The position numbers were made by a program, and so were the translations under genes. 64,000 bases of DNA from Spironucleus salmonicida (lineage: Eukaryota). Positions 27,241 to 39,493 of this stretch are shown piece after piece. The stretch covers positions 1,550,001-1,614,000 of the forward strand of contig NC_090596.1 of assembly GCF_000497125.1 (NCBI RefSeq). The letters are read 5' to 3'. Position 1 is the first letter of the stretch; each line of letters begins with the position of its first letter. The notes below the pieces were generated by a model. The model ran no database searches. It was not told where the DNA came from and saw nothing but the letters and a program-made list of their open reading frames with translations.

Positions 27241-28170
27241 TTACTAATATTAATAAGATGAATTTGAAAGGGGGTTCATATATTTATGAACTTGTGTATC
27301 TTTTTAATCATCTACCGTATTATAAACTTTTTAATTTTTAATAAATTAGAGATCTTTTGATAAAATATCCAATTAGTATTTTGGAGCAATATAAACAGCT
27401 TGTCTAGAATAAATTTTTGGAGATCGCAACTTTGTAATTGTTGAAGCGTTATTCTTACATTATTTTTCAATGTCTTTGATTTAAGTATAAAATCCCAAGT
27501 TTACTCGCCGTATATTACCGTCCAGAAAGCTGGATTAATCATAACTAAAAGGTTATTATACATTTTGAGTTTTTTTTGGTAATAATACTATAGGTTAGTC
27601 TACGAAACTATTAAGCGTTCGCTTTTTCATTTTCCAAACTTCTTAATATCATATATTTATACATATAATATATAAGTTTAGTTTTACAATATTAATCCTA
27701 TTTTTTATGCACAATAATTAGAAAAAATATATTGTAAGGCTCACTTTTAGTAAATAGCTGATATTTGACCAATCGGGACAAGAACCTTCTAATATTGTTT
27801 ATCTTCTGCGGTAACATTAATTAAAGTGGCAAATATATCATTATATGTTACTAAAAGTCCAGCTATTAACTTATTAGATTATATTGTTATATGATTATTA
27901 AGCATTTACTAATTTAATAACTTTGACATTTATCGTTTTTGGTATTATAATTATATTAATATATTACATATATTATGAAATTAGAATCAATACAATTAAT
28001 ATATCTACTTGTTTTCATTTTTAACCTAAGATAATTAACATAATTGAAAAATCAATAGATTTATATTGCAAAAAGTAGAATTCTTAATTTTTTATTAGGT
28101 TATTAGGTTAAATCTTATATATAAATTTACTTCCTTTAAAAAGAATTACAAAATATCCCTTCCATTTAAA

Positions 28171-28287
28171 ATGGAATTTGTCGAATTCGATTCTGCAGTT
28201 CTTTTCTTCGAAGACGAAAGAACTTTTACACCTGTTTACGACACATTTAATTTAAGTACATAATTCTTCGAGGAGTTGTATGAGTGA
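28171..28287 (+). CDS. 38-aa acidic/aromatic micro-protein
   Basis: MEFVEFDSAVLFFEDERTFTPVYDTFNLSTQFFEELYE. C-rich leader ATCCCTTCCATTTAAA before the ATG, GAG-TGA stop, and higher GC than the flanks. Confidence 0.65.
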
Positions 28288-28480
28288 TTTGCGAATTTTA
28301 TCATTTTTGTTATTTATCAGGTTTTGGCTAATTTTTTTGTTTATTTTTATTAATCTGATAATATTACCTTTATTTAGTACAGTTTAATTGATAGTCAACT
28401 ATTTCCTTCTTATTAAATAATAAATCTTAATAATAAGATTTAATTATTATATAGATACATTAAACTTAACTCCTTTCCCA

Positions 28481-28486
28481 TCCGCA
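28481..28486 (+). promoter_or_regulatory. TCCGCA start-proximal motif (IFT81 copy; others at 5899-5904, 15399-15404, 38318-38323 and 38925-38930 on the - strand)
   Basis: The same hexamer ends 2-7 nt before the ATG of five genes, always on the coding strand. Confidence 0.55.
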
Positions 28487-28493
28487 AAATTTG

Positions 28494-30422
28494 ATGTCCA
28501 TAACTGATAAATATGAACTTATTGTTCAGAAACTTGCATAAATACCTTTTCATAAGAAGATGACATTAATTACATTAACAGAAACCTTAAAAGATCCATA
28601 AAATGCTATAAAACTTTTGTAAATGGTCACAGATATTATCAGACCAGTGTCGCTATCTGAAGAAACACCCTTACCTAAACCCACAACGTTAGAGGAGATT
28701 GCAATTAGTATTGCAGACTTTGCTTCGTGTGTATGCTTCCCTATTGACTCTGGTGTTACTATTGATAAATAAGGATTTGCTTAATAATTATTGCTGGAAA
28801 ACTCTGAAAAATTAGTTGAACTTATGGCTGCAGTATTATCAGATATTTCAGAAGCAAAAAAGAAGGCATATATTGCTAAATTCAAATAGTAAATGATAAT
28901 ACCACATGAAATTTAGTAATAGGAAAATATATAGTAGGCATTAACATAGTTAAGAGCAGCTTAAAGTAAATTTTAGACTTCTTATAATGAAAATTAAGAA
29001 GTTTTACAGTCTGCTGTTAGTTAAAAAATAGAAGCTTTAACTACTGAAAAATAATAATTAATCACTAGAGAGGATAAACTTTCCGCTCTTGTAAAATAAC
29101 TTAAGATGAAGAATGTTCCAGAAGAAGCAGTTAATCTCAGTAAGAGAAGAAGAGAAAATATGGGTGAGATTTAGCAATTATAGGAATAGATCAATGGACA
29201 AAATGAAGTTCGTAAAGCGTTGCTTAATCGTGCGTAAGCTGTAGTAAATTCAGCTAAAGGAACTCCTGCTTCTATAATAGAGGCATGTTAAAACGAAAGC
29301 AGAAGATTAAAGTAAGAACTTATTAATCTTCCATAAGAGATCTAAGAAAAAGAATAATTACGGGAGCTTATCATGCAAGATCCTAGCGATGAAATTATTT
29401 CATAAATGGAATTAGAAATGGAATAGGCCAAAAAAGATTTAATTAAACTCAAAGAATTGAATAATATAAACGGTGAAAACGACGACAACCAACAATAAGA
29501 GTCATAAGTTACATATCTTAGATAATAGCTAGCCAAATTCAAGAGAAAGCACCAAGATTTATTAGGGAGAATGGAAAAAGTATCTCAAGATTCTTCACAG
29601 GTAGACGTCAAGATGCGCTCATTAATGTCAACTACTGTAACTTTAGATAACATAGATGCCGCTGATGAACTGCCTTTAATTGTATTCAAAGACCTTATTA
29701 ACAAGGGAAAGGCTATGAAAGCGTAAATGGGAAGATTCCAAGAAGATAGAAATTATCTTAAAAAAGAATATGCTGTTCTTACTAGAACAGTTGAAATTTT
29801 AACTTAAATATGCTCAAGATACGGCGCTGATATATCAGAAGAATAAACAACAACCGCCATGATGAATACTTAAAATCTTCATGAAGCGCGTTAATTATTA
29901 TAAGAAATCGAATAGGCTATTAAATAGAAAAGGAATACGTTATAGCCTCGTATGAACGAGTTATAAGAATGTAAGAGAAATTGCGCATCTTTAGAGAACA
30001 ATTTATAGTAACAAAGACAAAGAGTAAAATAACTGGATGCTTCTCGTCAGGGTGGTATTTATAAATTAAGGATGACAATGCAAAAGGCAGAGAATGAGTG
30101 CTAGTCTCTCGTTTCAGAAATTTTCAAAATCGAAAAGATGATTAATCTTTACAAACTTGAAGTAGAAAGGGCCGAGTCAGAAAAATCATTTATTGGGCTC
30201 AAAAAAGAGATTATGATTGCATAGGCTGGTGTAAAGACGAAAATTGCTGATTTAAGGCAAAAATAAGCATAAGTAAAGGAAGGCCTGCCGAATTTAGTCG
30301 AATAAAAGAAGATGTTTTCGGATTTAGTAATGTTGTTAAAGGCCAAGTAAGAGCATAGTAAAAGAATTAAAGAGGAAACTGCGAATGAAAACGGTAATGG
30401 CGAATAAATCAAAATTATGTGA
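28494..30422 (+). CDS. IFT81: Intraflagellar transport protein 81
   Basis: IVQKLAQIPFHKKMTLITL...LLQMVTDII...AKKKAYIAKF...IPHEI matches the IFT81 NN-CH domain (LKKRAYLARFL). Long coiled coils follow, with EQKKMFSDLVMLLKAK near the end. 642 aa. Confidence 0.88.
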
Positions 30423-30506
30423 TATTGTCATTTTCTTTATCATTATTTTAATTATAATTATATATAAATCTTAAATACCAATAATCTAAAATTTCACTCC
30501 ATAATC

Positions 30507-33500
30507 ATGGACGAATTTGTTGCTGTCCTTTATTTCTTCGCCAGACGAGGTGAATTAGCTAGATGTCAGGCGCTTCTAACGACTTAAGCTGCATCAGCAA
30601 TTTCTGCAGATACTAATTCTTTCATTTCAGCCATTTTGGAGCTAGCTCAGAATAATTCATCTGATTTTGCATCACACCAAACAGCAACATCAATCGCCGC
30701 AATCCACTCTCTAGTTGAGCTCTTAAGTGCCAAATCACAGTCGTTTATAGATACAGATCGCGTTACAATCCTACAAAGTTAATTTGAGATTGAAGTCTCC
30801 TCCCTTCCACAAGGTGCAAACTGCCTTATTTGGTTCGTATGTGGTGTTTTCGGTGTAAATCCATCAGATTACATTAAAAGTGACGACGAGGGTCCAATCG
30901 CTGCAATTGACTAATTTTTAAATGGTAATAGTAGCGAAATCAAGAATTATCCTATGCTTAGCAGCATCATCATCGATTTAAAGAACATGAAAGAAATCGA
31001 CAATTTATTTGAGTACTTGAACAAGACAAAATAGACAACTGTTAAAGCGTAAGTCAGTCAGCTTTTTAAGCATAAGATAAACGTTTTAGTGGCCAATTTA
31101 GCTACTGCAAATTTTTTGAATATTTCTGAAGCAATTAGCTCAGTTTCTAGCTGTTTGCAAGATTATACATAAACTTGGGTCGGAAGAGTCTGTTAAAAAC
31201 ATTAAACAAATTTGATTATTGAAGTAATTTTGGGTATTGCAAGAGCGTACCCAGCATTTTAAATTTTGCTTAATTTGGCAGAATTTTTGAATGAAAAATA
31301 CCCTAAAAATAAAGATTTAACGCTTCTTTAAGGCTATTTGCTCACATTTGCATCTTTTATAGGTAAGTCTCCTGAGACAGCTGATTTAGCCCTTCAACGT
31401 TTCAAGCATGCACAAGAAGCCGTCTTAGATGATTAAAAAATGATTTTGTCTTCAGAAGGTGTATATTCAGTTGCATTAGCACTTACTGGCCGAGTAGAAG
31501 AAGCTAAATCCCAGGTAAATGATGACGATGAAGCTGAAGAGTTATTAAAATTGCTGATTAATACATTTTAACAATAACCTGATGCAAATATTTTAAATTT
31601 TGTTTCTAGTAATGTTAAATTATCAGCTTTCACCAATACTTCGAATTTATATAATGCGTTGCCAGATACATTAATAGCAACGGTACTAGCAATTTAAATA
31701 ACGGAGTTTCTGTAAAATTAATAGTTTATCACCTAACCAACACTTCATTAAGCACTCAATTTCTTTGAAAGCACACAAATTCTGTCACCAGAGATACTTG
31801 AATGCAAATTTTTGATTCTGCAAAATCTTCAAAATTTCGACTCATTACTTAAACAAGCAAATATTCTATCGAATTATTCAGCAATTGAAAGAAATTTCTC
31901 ATTGAATTCAAATCTTTTACTCTTATTTGCTTCCTCTGCTAGCTAGCTTTTAAAAGTAAGTGAAGCCGCAGAATTTGCAAGTTAAGCTTAAATAGTGGAT
32001 TCAAACGTAATGAATAAACGGGAATTCAAACTTATTCAAGCAAAAATTAGCTATTTGAAGGGAAATTATATCGAATCAAGTAAATACTTTAAAGAAATTG
32101 ATTCTACAATTTAATGCTAAATTCATATTTGCTTGCTCAAAATCAAAGGTGGTGATCTATCAGGATTCAAAGAATTACGAGAAATTTCAAGAAACTATCC
32201 CAATAGAAGTGGAATTTAGGAGATAGAGTTTGATGTTTAAAATGCTGATTTTATTGCTATGAATATTACACTATAACTTGCTATAAGTGGACTATTCATT
32301 TTGCGTAAAGGTGGATATTTGTAAAATAGCAGTAAAACAGTCAACAAGAATAGTTTCGACCAAATTATAGATGACAATAGTTTGTTATTTTTCGAAAATT
32401 AGCAAATTATTGATAATTTCAGAGAAGCTTTGAATAACTCATTCTCAAGTTAAAATAGCAGGGTTGGAAACAAGTATTTTAGCAGTAATTTTGGTGTCAA
32501 CCCAATTAATTTAGAAAAAGACGTTTTTTATGCTGAAAATATTGAGAATATAGAATTTTAAAATTTTTCGAGAACTGAAAAGCTATCTATAAATAGCATT
32601 TTATAAAGCATATAAAATTATGCTTAATTTAGCCTAGAAATCACCGAATTGATCAGTTAGATTTAACTTGTAATATTGAACGATAAGCTTGCATTTGTCA
32701 GCTGCTTTACATAGCTTAGTAAATAGAATCCTAGTACAACTCAGCTAGCAGCGTTAGCATCTGCGCACTTAGCTGTTGGAAATGCTTAATTCGCGGTCGA
32801 TTATTATTAAAAATCGATAGAATAAGCTGTTTTGGTTATAAAGACTCAAAACCAGCCAAAATATATCGAGATTTTAATTAAAAACTTCCTTTTCGTGTTG
32901 AAATCAAGAGCATTATCGAGGTGTCATAAGTACCAAGATAGCAACTAAACACTAATGACTTTAATTGAAGCTGTTGAATTTAAATAGAATAATGATAAAT
33001 AGCTTGAGTAGGCAAATTTAATTGCCTTTTCAGTCATTCATATGGAGTATATGAAACTTCTCATTAAATTAAGATAACACAGACAACTATTCTAGTTATG
33101 CGATTCTATTTTGAAAAAATCATAGTAAGTTTTTTCACTGCCATCTGACTCTTCAAAACCATTTTCCGTCCCATTCCCTGTGACAATTCTATCAATTTAC
33201 TGCGCTCGTGCGAAAGCAGAATTGATAAAATTGAATTAAGTTAATTTACCAACTTCTGAACGTCTGGACCTGCTTGGGAAAGCAGTTTTCTGGGTAGATT
33301 CAGGCGTAATTTCAAAAACTCAAAGGGTTTTAGTTTCACAAAAATCTTTTAAAATGTAAATGTAAACCTCGGTTTTCAGCTCCTAAACATCAAAATTTGA
33401 GGGTTCAAACGATGGATTAAAAGCTCTTGTATTGGCAGCTGAAGTGCGTGTCGAAATTGCTGAAATTTATTTGGATTTGTCAAAAATTGATATTTAGCAA

Positions 33501-35174
33501 ATCAGCTAAACTACATCTTTGACATTCGAGAAAAAGTAACATTTGACTAACGCTTTTGAGAGTGCAAAAATATCACTAAAATAGTGTGAAACAGCACGTG
33601 CTAATAATATTTGTGCGATTTACCATTTATTTTAGGATTAAAATTATGAGATGGCTCGTGCAAATTCGCTCAGTGCGAAAGAAATTGAACCTTTTAATAA
33701 TGTTAGCTAAATAATTTTCTAAGCGATTTCACACAAAATAAATTTTGGTGGAAATGAGGTTGAGAGCGAGTAAGCAAATACCCCTTTTGAGGACAGTTGT
33801 AGGGTTTTAAAAATTGGTTTAAACGTGGACCGTGTAGTTGCCTTGGATAATTTCTTACTTAATAGCTGTTTAGTGCATGATATGACTGTTGTAACTGACG
33901 CGCTATTTAAAAACGATGATGATGAGATAGATACGTAGAATGCACAAGGTGAAATTATGGGTAGTGATATAAGCAGTCTAGATGAATTAAATGATAAAAT
34001 GGAGAAAGTTAGCAAGACAGCGTTAGATGGATATTTCTACTTAGGTAGAGGATTTTTATAGTTGAAAATGGGCCGAATTAATTAAGGAATGAAAGATTTG
34101 ATGTTGGCAGTTAATTCTTAAACACTCAGTGATAGATATCGAGCTAGAGCGCTCTATCTTTTAGGGACTATATATGTTAACCCAAATAGGCAACCACTAT
34201 TTGGTTCATCATCGTGTTTAACAGGAAAACAACAGTCAGCTGTAGCACTTTAAAAATAAGCGATGCAATAGTAATCAAATATTAATTTGGATGATTAAGC
34301 ACCCACAAATCAATCTGAAGAGGACCAACTTATTCCAGATACAGATACTATTAATTAGCGTGAAGATGATTTATCATAGGCCCTATAAATAGTGCAGTCT
34401 TTATAGTAAATGTATTAACGGTAAGTTCAAGAGGCTAGGGAGCTATTTATTGTTTTAAAGGCTTATATCAGAATCGGTTAATATCGCCAAGCTAAAGACA
34501 GAATAGCTAGAATTACTTTAGATGAAGGTAAAGCTGCAAAATCAAAACTTAACCAGCTCGAATTATTAAAAGACTAAGCAAAAACTTTCATGTAAGAAGC
34601 TGCTGAGGAACTTCATTAGACATTATAAGAAATTGATAAAAATTAATCAAACTATGTTGTAATTCTTTTCTGTTTAGGTAATATTTATTGCCATTTGAAA
34701 AATGATGCAAAATCTAGAAGTAATTTCCAAAATGGTGCTAGGTAGATCATAAGTGTTCGCGACCAAGGTAATTAAGGCTAAATTTGGTTAGATTTAGATG
34801 CTGCTGTACAATGCAATTTAGCATTGGCAGACTAATATATATAGATAGGTAAAATAGCAAATGCGCTTAAATGCTTAGATGGAGTTGCTAGTTTGGACAA
34901 GATTCAAACGATTTCTTATGAGTTGTATGGGTTATGTTAAGAAAAAGAGGCAGCATATGGAAATGCGGTTAGCTATTACGAAAGTGCTTGGCTTTTGAGC
35001 CATGGGAGCCCTAGTGTAGCTTATAGATTAGCATATAATTATATGAAAGCCTAAAAATATGCTGAAGCAATTTTAATGTGTCAAAATGCTCTTTCTGAGT
35101 ATCCTGGGTTCAACAAATTAAAAAAGGAAGTTTTATATAAGGCAGAGGCTATGTTGAGGAGCACTAAGTAGTGA
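30507..35174 (+). CDS. TTC21B: IFT139/TTC21 TPR protein (IFT-A)
   Basis: Starts VLYFFARRG. The C-terminus YELYGLCQEKEAAYGNAVSYYESAW...PSVAYRLAYNYMKAQKYAEAILMCQNALSEYPGFNKLKKEVLYKA matches TTC21. About 1555 aa. Confidence 0.9.
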
Positions 35175-35415
35175 AATGAGTGATGGGAGTTTTTATCAGA
35201 AGATTATTCAAGTTATAACTCACAAATTGAAAATAATATTTATAACCATTTAAAATTATAAAAATATTGATATAATCAATATTAGGACGAATTGCAAGTA
35301 TGAGGAGATGATCATAAAATATTACTTGTATAAATTCTTACATAAATAAGAATATAAGCATTTTAATCCTAAATATCAATAAAATAATACTTTCTCTTAA
35401 AAATTTAACATTTGC

Positions 35416-35988
35416 TCACTAGCACATAAAACTGAATAATATACTCATAATGAAGTACATAAGTAAGTGTTTAAAAAATTACTTGGCTAAGTGTATTGCT
35501 GTTTAAATCTGTGGATTTAATTTATAGAATTGGTAGTCTAATATACAAATTGCAGAAGACTAGAGTAGGAAAATATTAAAGGAAGAACTAATACGGACAA
35601 TAAAAAATTGTTATATAAACGTTTATATGAGACCAATAATATTATAGCAGTTCTATTTTGAATAAAAGAAAGTAAGAGCAGTAGTCATAGAAATATAGAT
35701 GTTAAAAAGCATTTTTCTAGATTTAGAATAAGGCTTTTATAAAGGCTACATGAACTGGTTAAGACCAGGAATTTGGCCTAATTGGCCTAAATTAGGTACA
35801 TTTACATTAGGATTTCCTTACTATTGTTTTTGCTTTTCAAATCTATCAAATTCTTCTGGCATTTCTACATTTTCTGTAGTAGAGTTCATAACTAAAGCCA
35901 TTCTTTATTTTTACTTTTCCAAAATTCTTTTTTGTCTCATAGCCTTCTGCTCAGCCAAGCTAAGTTGAGGACCTTCTGACTACTCCAT
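35416..35988 (-). CDS. Get2/CAML-like tail-anchored-protein insertase subunit (candidate)
   Basis: N-terminal basic helix LSLAEQKAMRQKRILEKQKQRMALVM, a P/G/Q/N-rich linker and hydrophobic C-terminal segments. 190 aa. Confidence 0.6.
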
Positions 35989-36032
35989 TTTGAGTAGAAA
36001 GAAAAATAATACATAAAATTTATATAATATAC

Positions 36033-37685
36033 TCAAAATCCTAGGTCGATATGTTCACCATCCTCTATTAGCTCTTCATAATATCCTTTAAGACCCTCTA
36101 CCTGCCGTTTAATCCGCTCAATGCTCCGCTATTAAACTGTTCCTTTGGGATATAATACAAAATCTTCCTCAAAATCGTATTCATCTTCTCTTTCTAAGTA
36201 TAAAACATGCTGCCCAACAGTCTAAAATCCAGTGAAAAAGGCGTTAAACTATGTATACCTAATAGGCAAACCTAGTAATACTACATTTTAACGCTTCTTT
36301 GGTTAGTAAACGTTTTACGGGAAATCTTAGTCGAAATATTTCAATTTCCTTCGCACGGAGACACTTGTCTCGACTAAATTTGCTTGAAATTCACCACAGC
36401 AGACCATTGAAGAATGCATTCCGACATCTGACACACCAATTGCAACCGAAGATATTGGTGTGTCTAGAACGTGCACTTCATATTCTTTTTCAGTTTCTGA
36501 AACTGGAATCGCAGTGACTGATCTACGGCTGATTATAACATAGCGGTCCTTGAATAGTGAGATATGCAGCGGATTTACAATAGGTGAGTTTAATTACTAA
36601 AAATGGTAAAAGCTGAGTGTTTTCGAAGAGAAAAAAAATGCAAAATCTAAATTTTCAGCATTAGTTGCAGTTTAGATGAATCTCGGAAATGGCTTTGGAG
36701 AGATCTTATTATCTCCCGAAATAGGTTTATAAAAATGCAGTTAATGGGAGATTTATGCGAGTTCCTATGCTTCGTATTCTACAGTTGTCATAATATAAAA
36801 TTGTAGTAATTCATCGTGCAAAACGAGAAAATTTTATGGTAATTCAAAATGGAAATGAGTTTTTTCTTTCATAAATTTGAAGGAATGGTAAAAATTCGCT
36901 GTTGTATTTTGAAGTTCGAAAACAACAAATGATTAAAGCGTGGGAACAGACTAGCTGGTATTAAGGACCTATTCTAGACAGAACTTACTACCGTTAATGC
37001 TGAAAATACTAGAAAAATTGAAAGTTAATTCTGGTATTCTGTAATTCCTAGTAAAAATTAACAATAGATTAGAAAGATGAATTATCAGGTATTTAGAATA
37101 TATAAGTGATATATCTTAAATATTTTTTGTTGCTAGTTGAGGGATAAAAGGGGCTGAGTGCTCAAAAATTGAATAAATTTGTACTTTTTCATCAGTATTT
37201 GTAGAAATCAGAAGGATATCGTCATATGTGTGCAAGAGAAACTCGAAACCAGTGAGTTTATTATCTGTATATCGGAATTAACTAGGGAGGATTTTAAAGA
37301 TGTATACATTATTTATGTAGTGTACAAAGATTTTTATTGCAGGTTAAATAAGAGGTATCTTGTTTCTAAACTCTTGTGTACTTTTGAGTCTTATTTGAGT
37401 TATAACTAGTTTAAATTCCCCACTATCAATATCAAAAAGTTAGAAAATGAAAGCAAATTCATTACATGGGCTGAAAAAAATATTAGTAACTTCCTAATCA
37501 CATTCTACTTAGTATACTGCTCTAATAGACAATAGCGGTATATCGTATATAAAAATAATTCCATGCTCACAACCAACACCAAATAAACTTGTATCTGGTG
37601 AATAATTTAATGAAAATGGTGTATGCATTCCTTGTGTTGAAATGGTTTGAACGAAATGCGATGGGTCGCCAATTTACTAGCTCAT
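36033..37685 (-). CDS. Swd1/RBBP5-like WD40 subunit of COMPASS
   Basis: N-terminus LNYSPDTSLFGVGCEHGIIFIYD. C-terminal FNAFFTGFQTVGQHVLYLEREDEYD matches RBBP5 WSAFAPDFKELDENVEYEERESEFD. Frame checked throughout. Confidence 0.75.
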
Positions 37686-37739
37686 TTCGGAAAGAAATTT
37701 TTAATGATATTATATTATGAGTTTGAAATATAAAAATTC

Positions 37740-38315
37740 TCAGTAAAATTTACCACCAGACTTGTCTAAGTTCTAGGAGGTATGATCAAAATGTTGGTGC
37801 CCCTAGTGACCAAATACTCTATCAAACGGTTATAATGCATCTTTATGTGACCAATTTGAATTATGTTACCTTAACTAAGGTGTAACTAATACCTCTTATC
37901 TATTTTCATCTAGAGATTTTCTATACATATTAGAATGTTGATTTTCTCTTTATATTGGTGTTAAAAAGTCAGCTTTTGGTAAGTTAAGCTCATTGTGTAT
38001 GTATAAATTTTAGAGGTTTTTACGTTAGTGGGGCTTAATTTCATCTTTATTAAATAAAGATGGCTATCTCAATACATCATTGCTCTTCTACTATAATGGG
38101 GCAAAAGAAAATTATTATTGTGCACATTTAGGAATAAAAACATCTCTATTTTAAGGTATAATAGCAGTAAAGGATATATCGTCTTTGACCTTAAGTTCAG
38201 GGTTTCTATAGAATACTTATTCTGGAGCTTAGTATAATTATTTCAAACTATGAACATGACGTGGCCCTGCAGGGAGTTTTTCACGAGGTGTTGGTACATA
38301 AGATATTTTTTCCAT
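37740..38315 (-). CDS. Hypothetical P/Q/H-rich protein (191 aa), possibly microtubule-associated
   Basis: Table-6 ORF MEKISYVPTPREKLPAGPRHVHS...DKSGGKFY-TGA, with TTCCGCAAA directly before the ATG. Confidence 0.7.
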
Positions 38316-38564
38316 TTTGCGGAATTAAAAATCGATAATTTAGCAGTGTTAGTGGTTAAATGCAAAATAATATAATTTTTAGAATTTGAGTACATTACGT
38401 ATAACCTATTTTTATTGTTATTATATAATAATTTGTTGAAATTGTCAAATTACGCATTGGTATTAACGAATTATATAAAAAATAACTATGATATTAATTC
38501 TACCAGAGAAAGGCTTTTTCTTGAAAGTGTTAAAGTATATGTGTTATATAATATTAAATATTTT

Positions 38565-38921
38565 TCACTTACCTAACCATAAGTTTAATTTTTTGGTAGA
38601 TTACGAATCAAACTCAGCTAAAAATTAGTTTAAATCCACGTTACCTTCAAATTAAGAATCAAATCCTAAATCCTACAAAGCTTTTGTAGCCTAGTCAGAT
38701 GATAAATGACCTCTTTCTAAAACTTCAAATTTTTTGAAAACAAGCTTTATTTCATCAATTTCGAAAAATTTTAAAGTACCTTCTGAAATTTAATTAAGAA
38801 GATCTGAAATAAATGTACGAGGATCTTCTGGACGATAAAATACTATTTAAGACATAATATAATCATATAGCGATTAAACACTATATTTTTTAAGATAATC
38901 GGCAGCTTATTAAATTGACAT
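38565..38921 (-). CDS. EFCAB10: EFCAB10-like protein (RIIa/Dpy-30 docking domain plus EF-hand-like region)
   Basis: AADYLKKYSVQSLYDYIMSQIVFYRPEDPRTFISDLL...EIKLVFKKFEVLERGHLSSDQATKALQDLG. Confidence 0.8.
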
Positions 38922-38979
38922 TTTTGCGGAATGTATAATTTTAATTATTATTAATATATAATAAAATATGAAATTATGC

Positions 38980-39384
38980 TCAAAGTTAACCTCTTTCTGG
39001 CGATTTTCTTCTCGTGTTTGTTGGCTTTTCCTTAGGATCTGTTGATAATACACCAACTTAAAGTTTCTCAATCGTTTAAAATATATTAACCCTGGGATGT
39101 ACAGCAGCAGTAACTGAAGAAATATCATATCCTAAATATTCACCAAAACAAGATAATCCAGATGGATGGAATTTAAGATATTACGTGACGTTATAAACCT
39201 TACCGCGGTGCGAAACCCATGCATCTTCTATACTATTATGTTTGAAAATTTCATCAGCTGATATTAACTTAGAATCAGAATGCTCTTTTGGAGGATTCTT
39301 TTCTAATTCTGCTTTAAACATAATAACTGACGGGTGTTCTGCATGTCCACCAGGATGACCACTAGGATGACCAGGTCTCATCAT
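38980..39384 (-). CDS. Soluble cytochrome b5-like heme-binding protein
   Basis: EIFKHNSIEDAWVSHRGKVYNVTQYLKFHPSG...GYDISSVTAAVHP...LQVGVL. Both axial His are present and there is no TM tail. Confidence 0.9.
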
Positions 39385-39493
39385 TTCAGTTCACGTACAA
39401 TTTATATTATATACTAGTTTGGTTGATTTATTATACAAAAGGATTTGTACAATTAAAAATATATTATAAAATGTTTACAAATTAACAAAAAGT

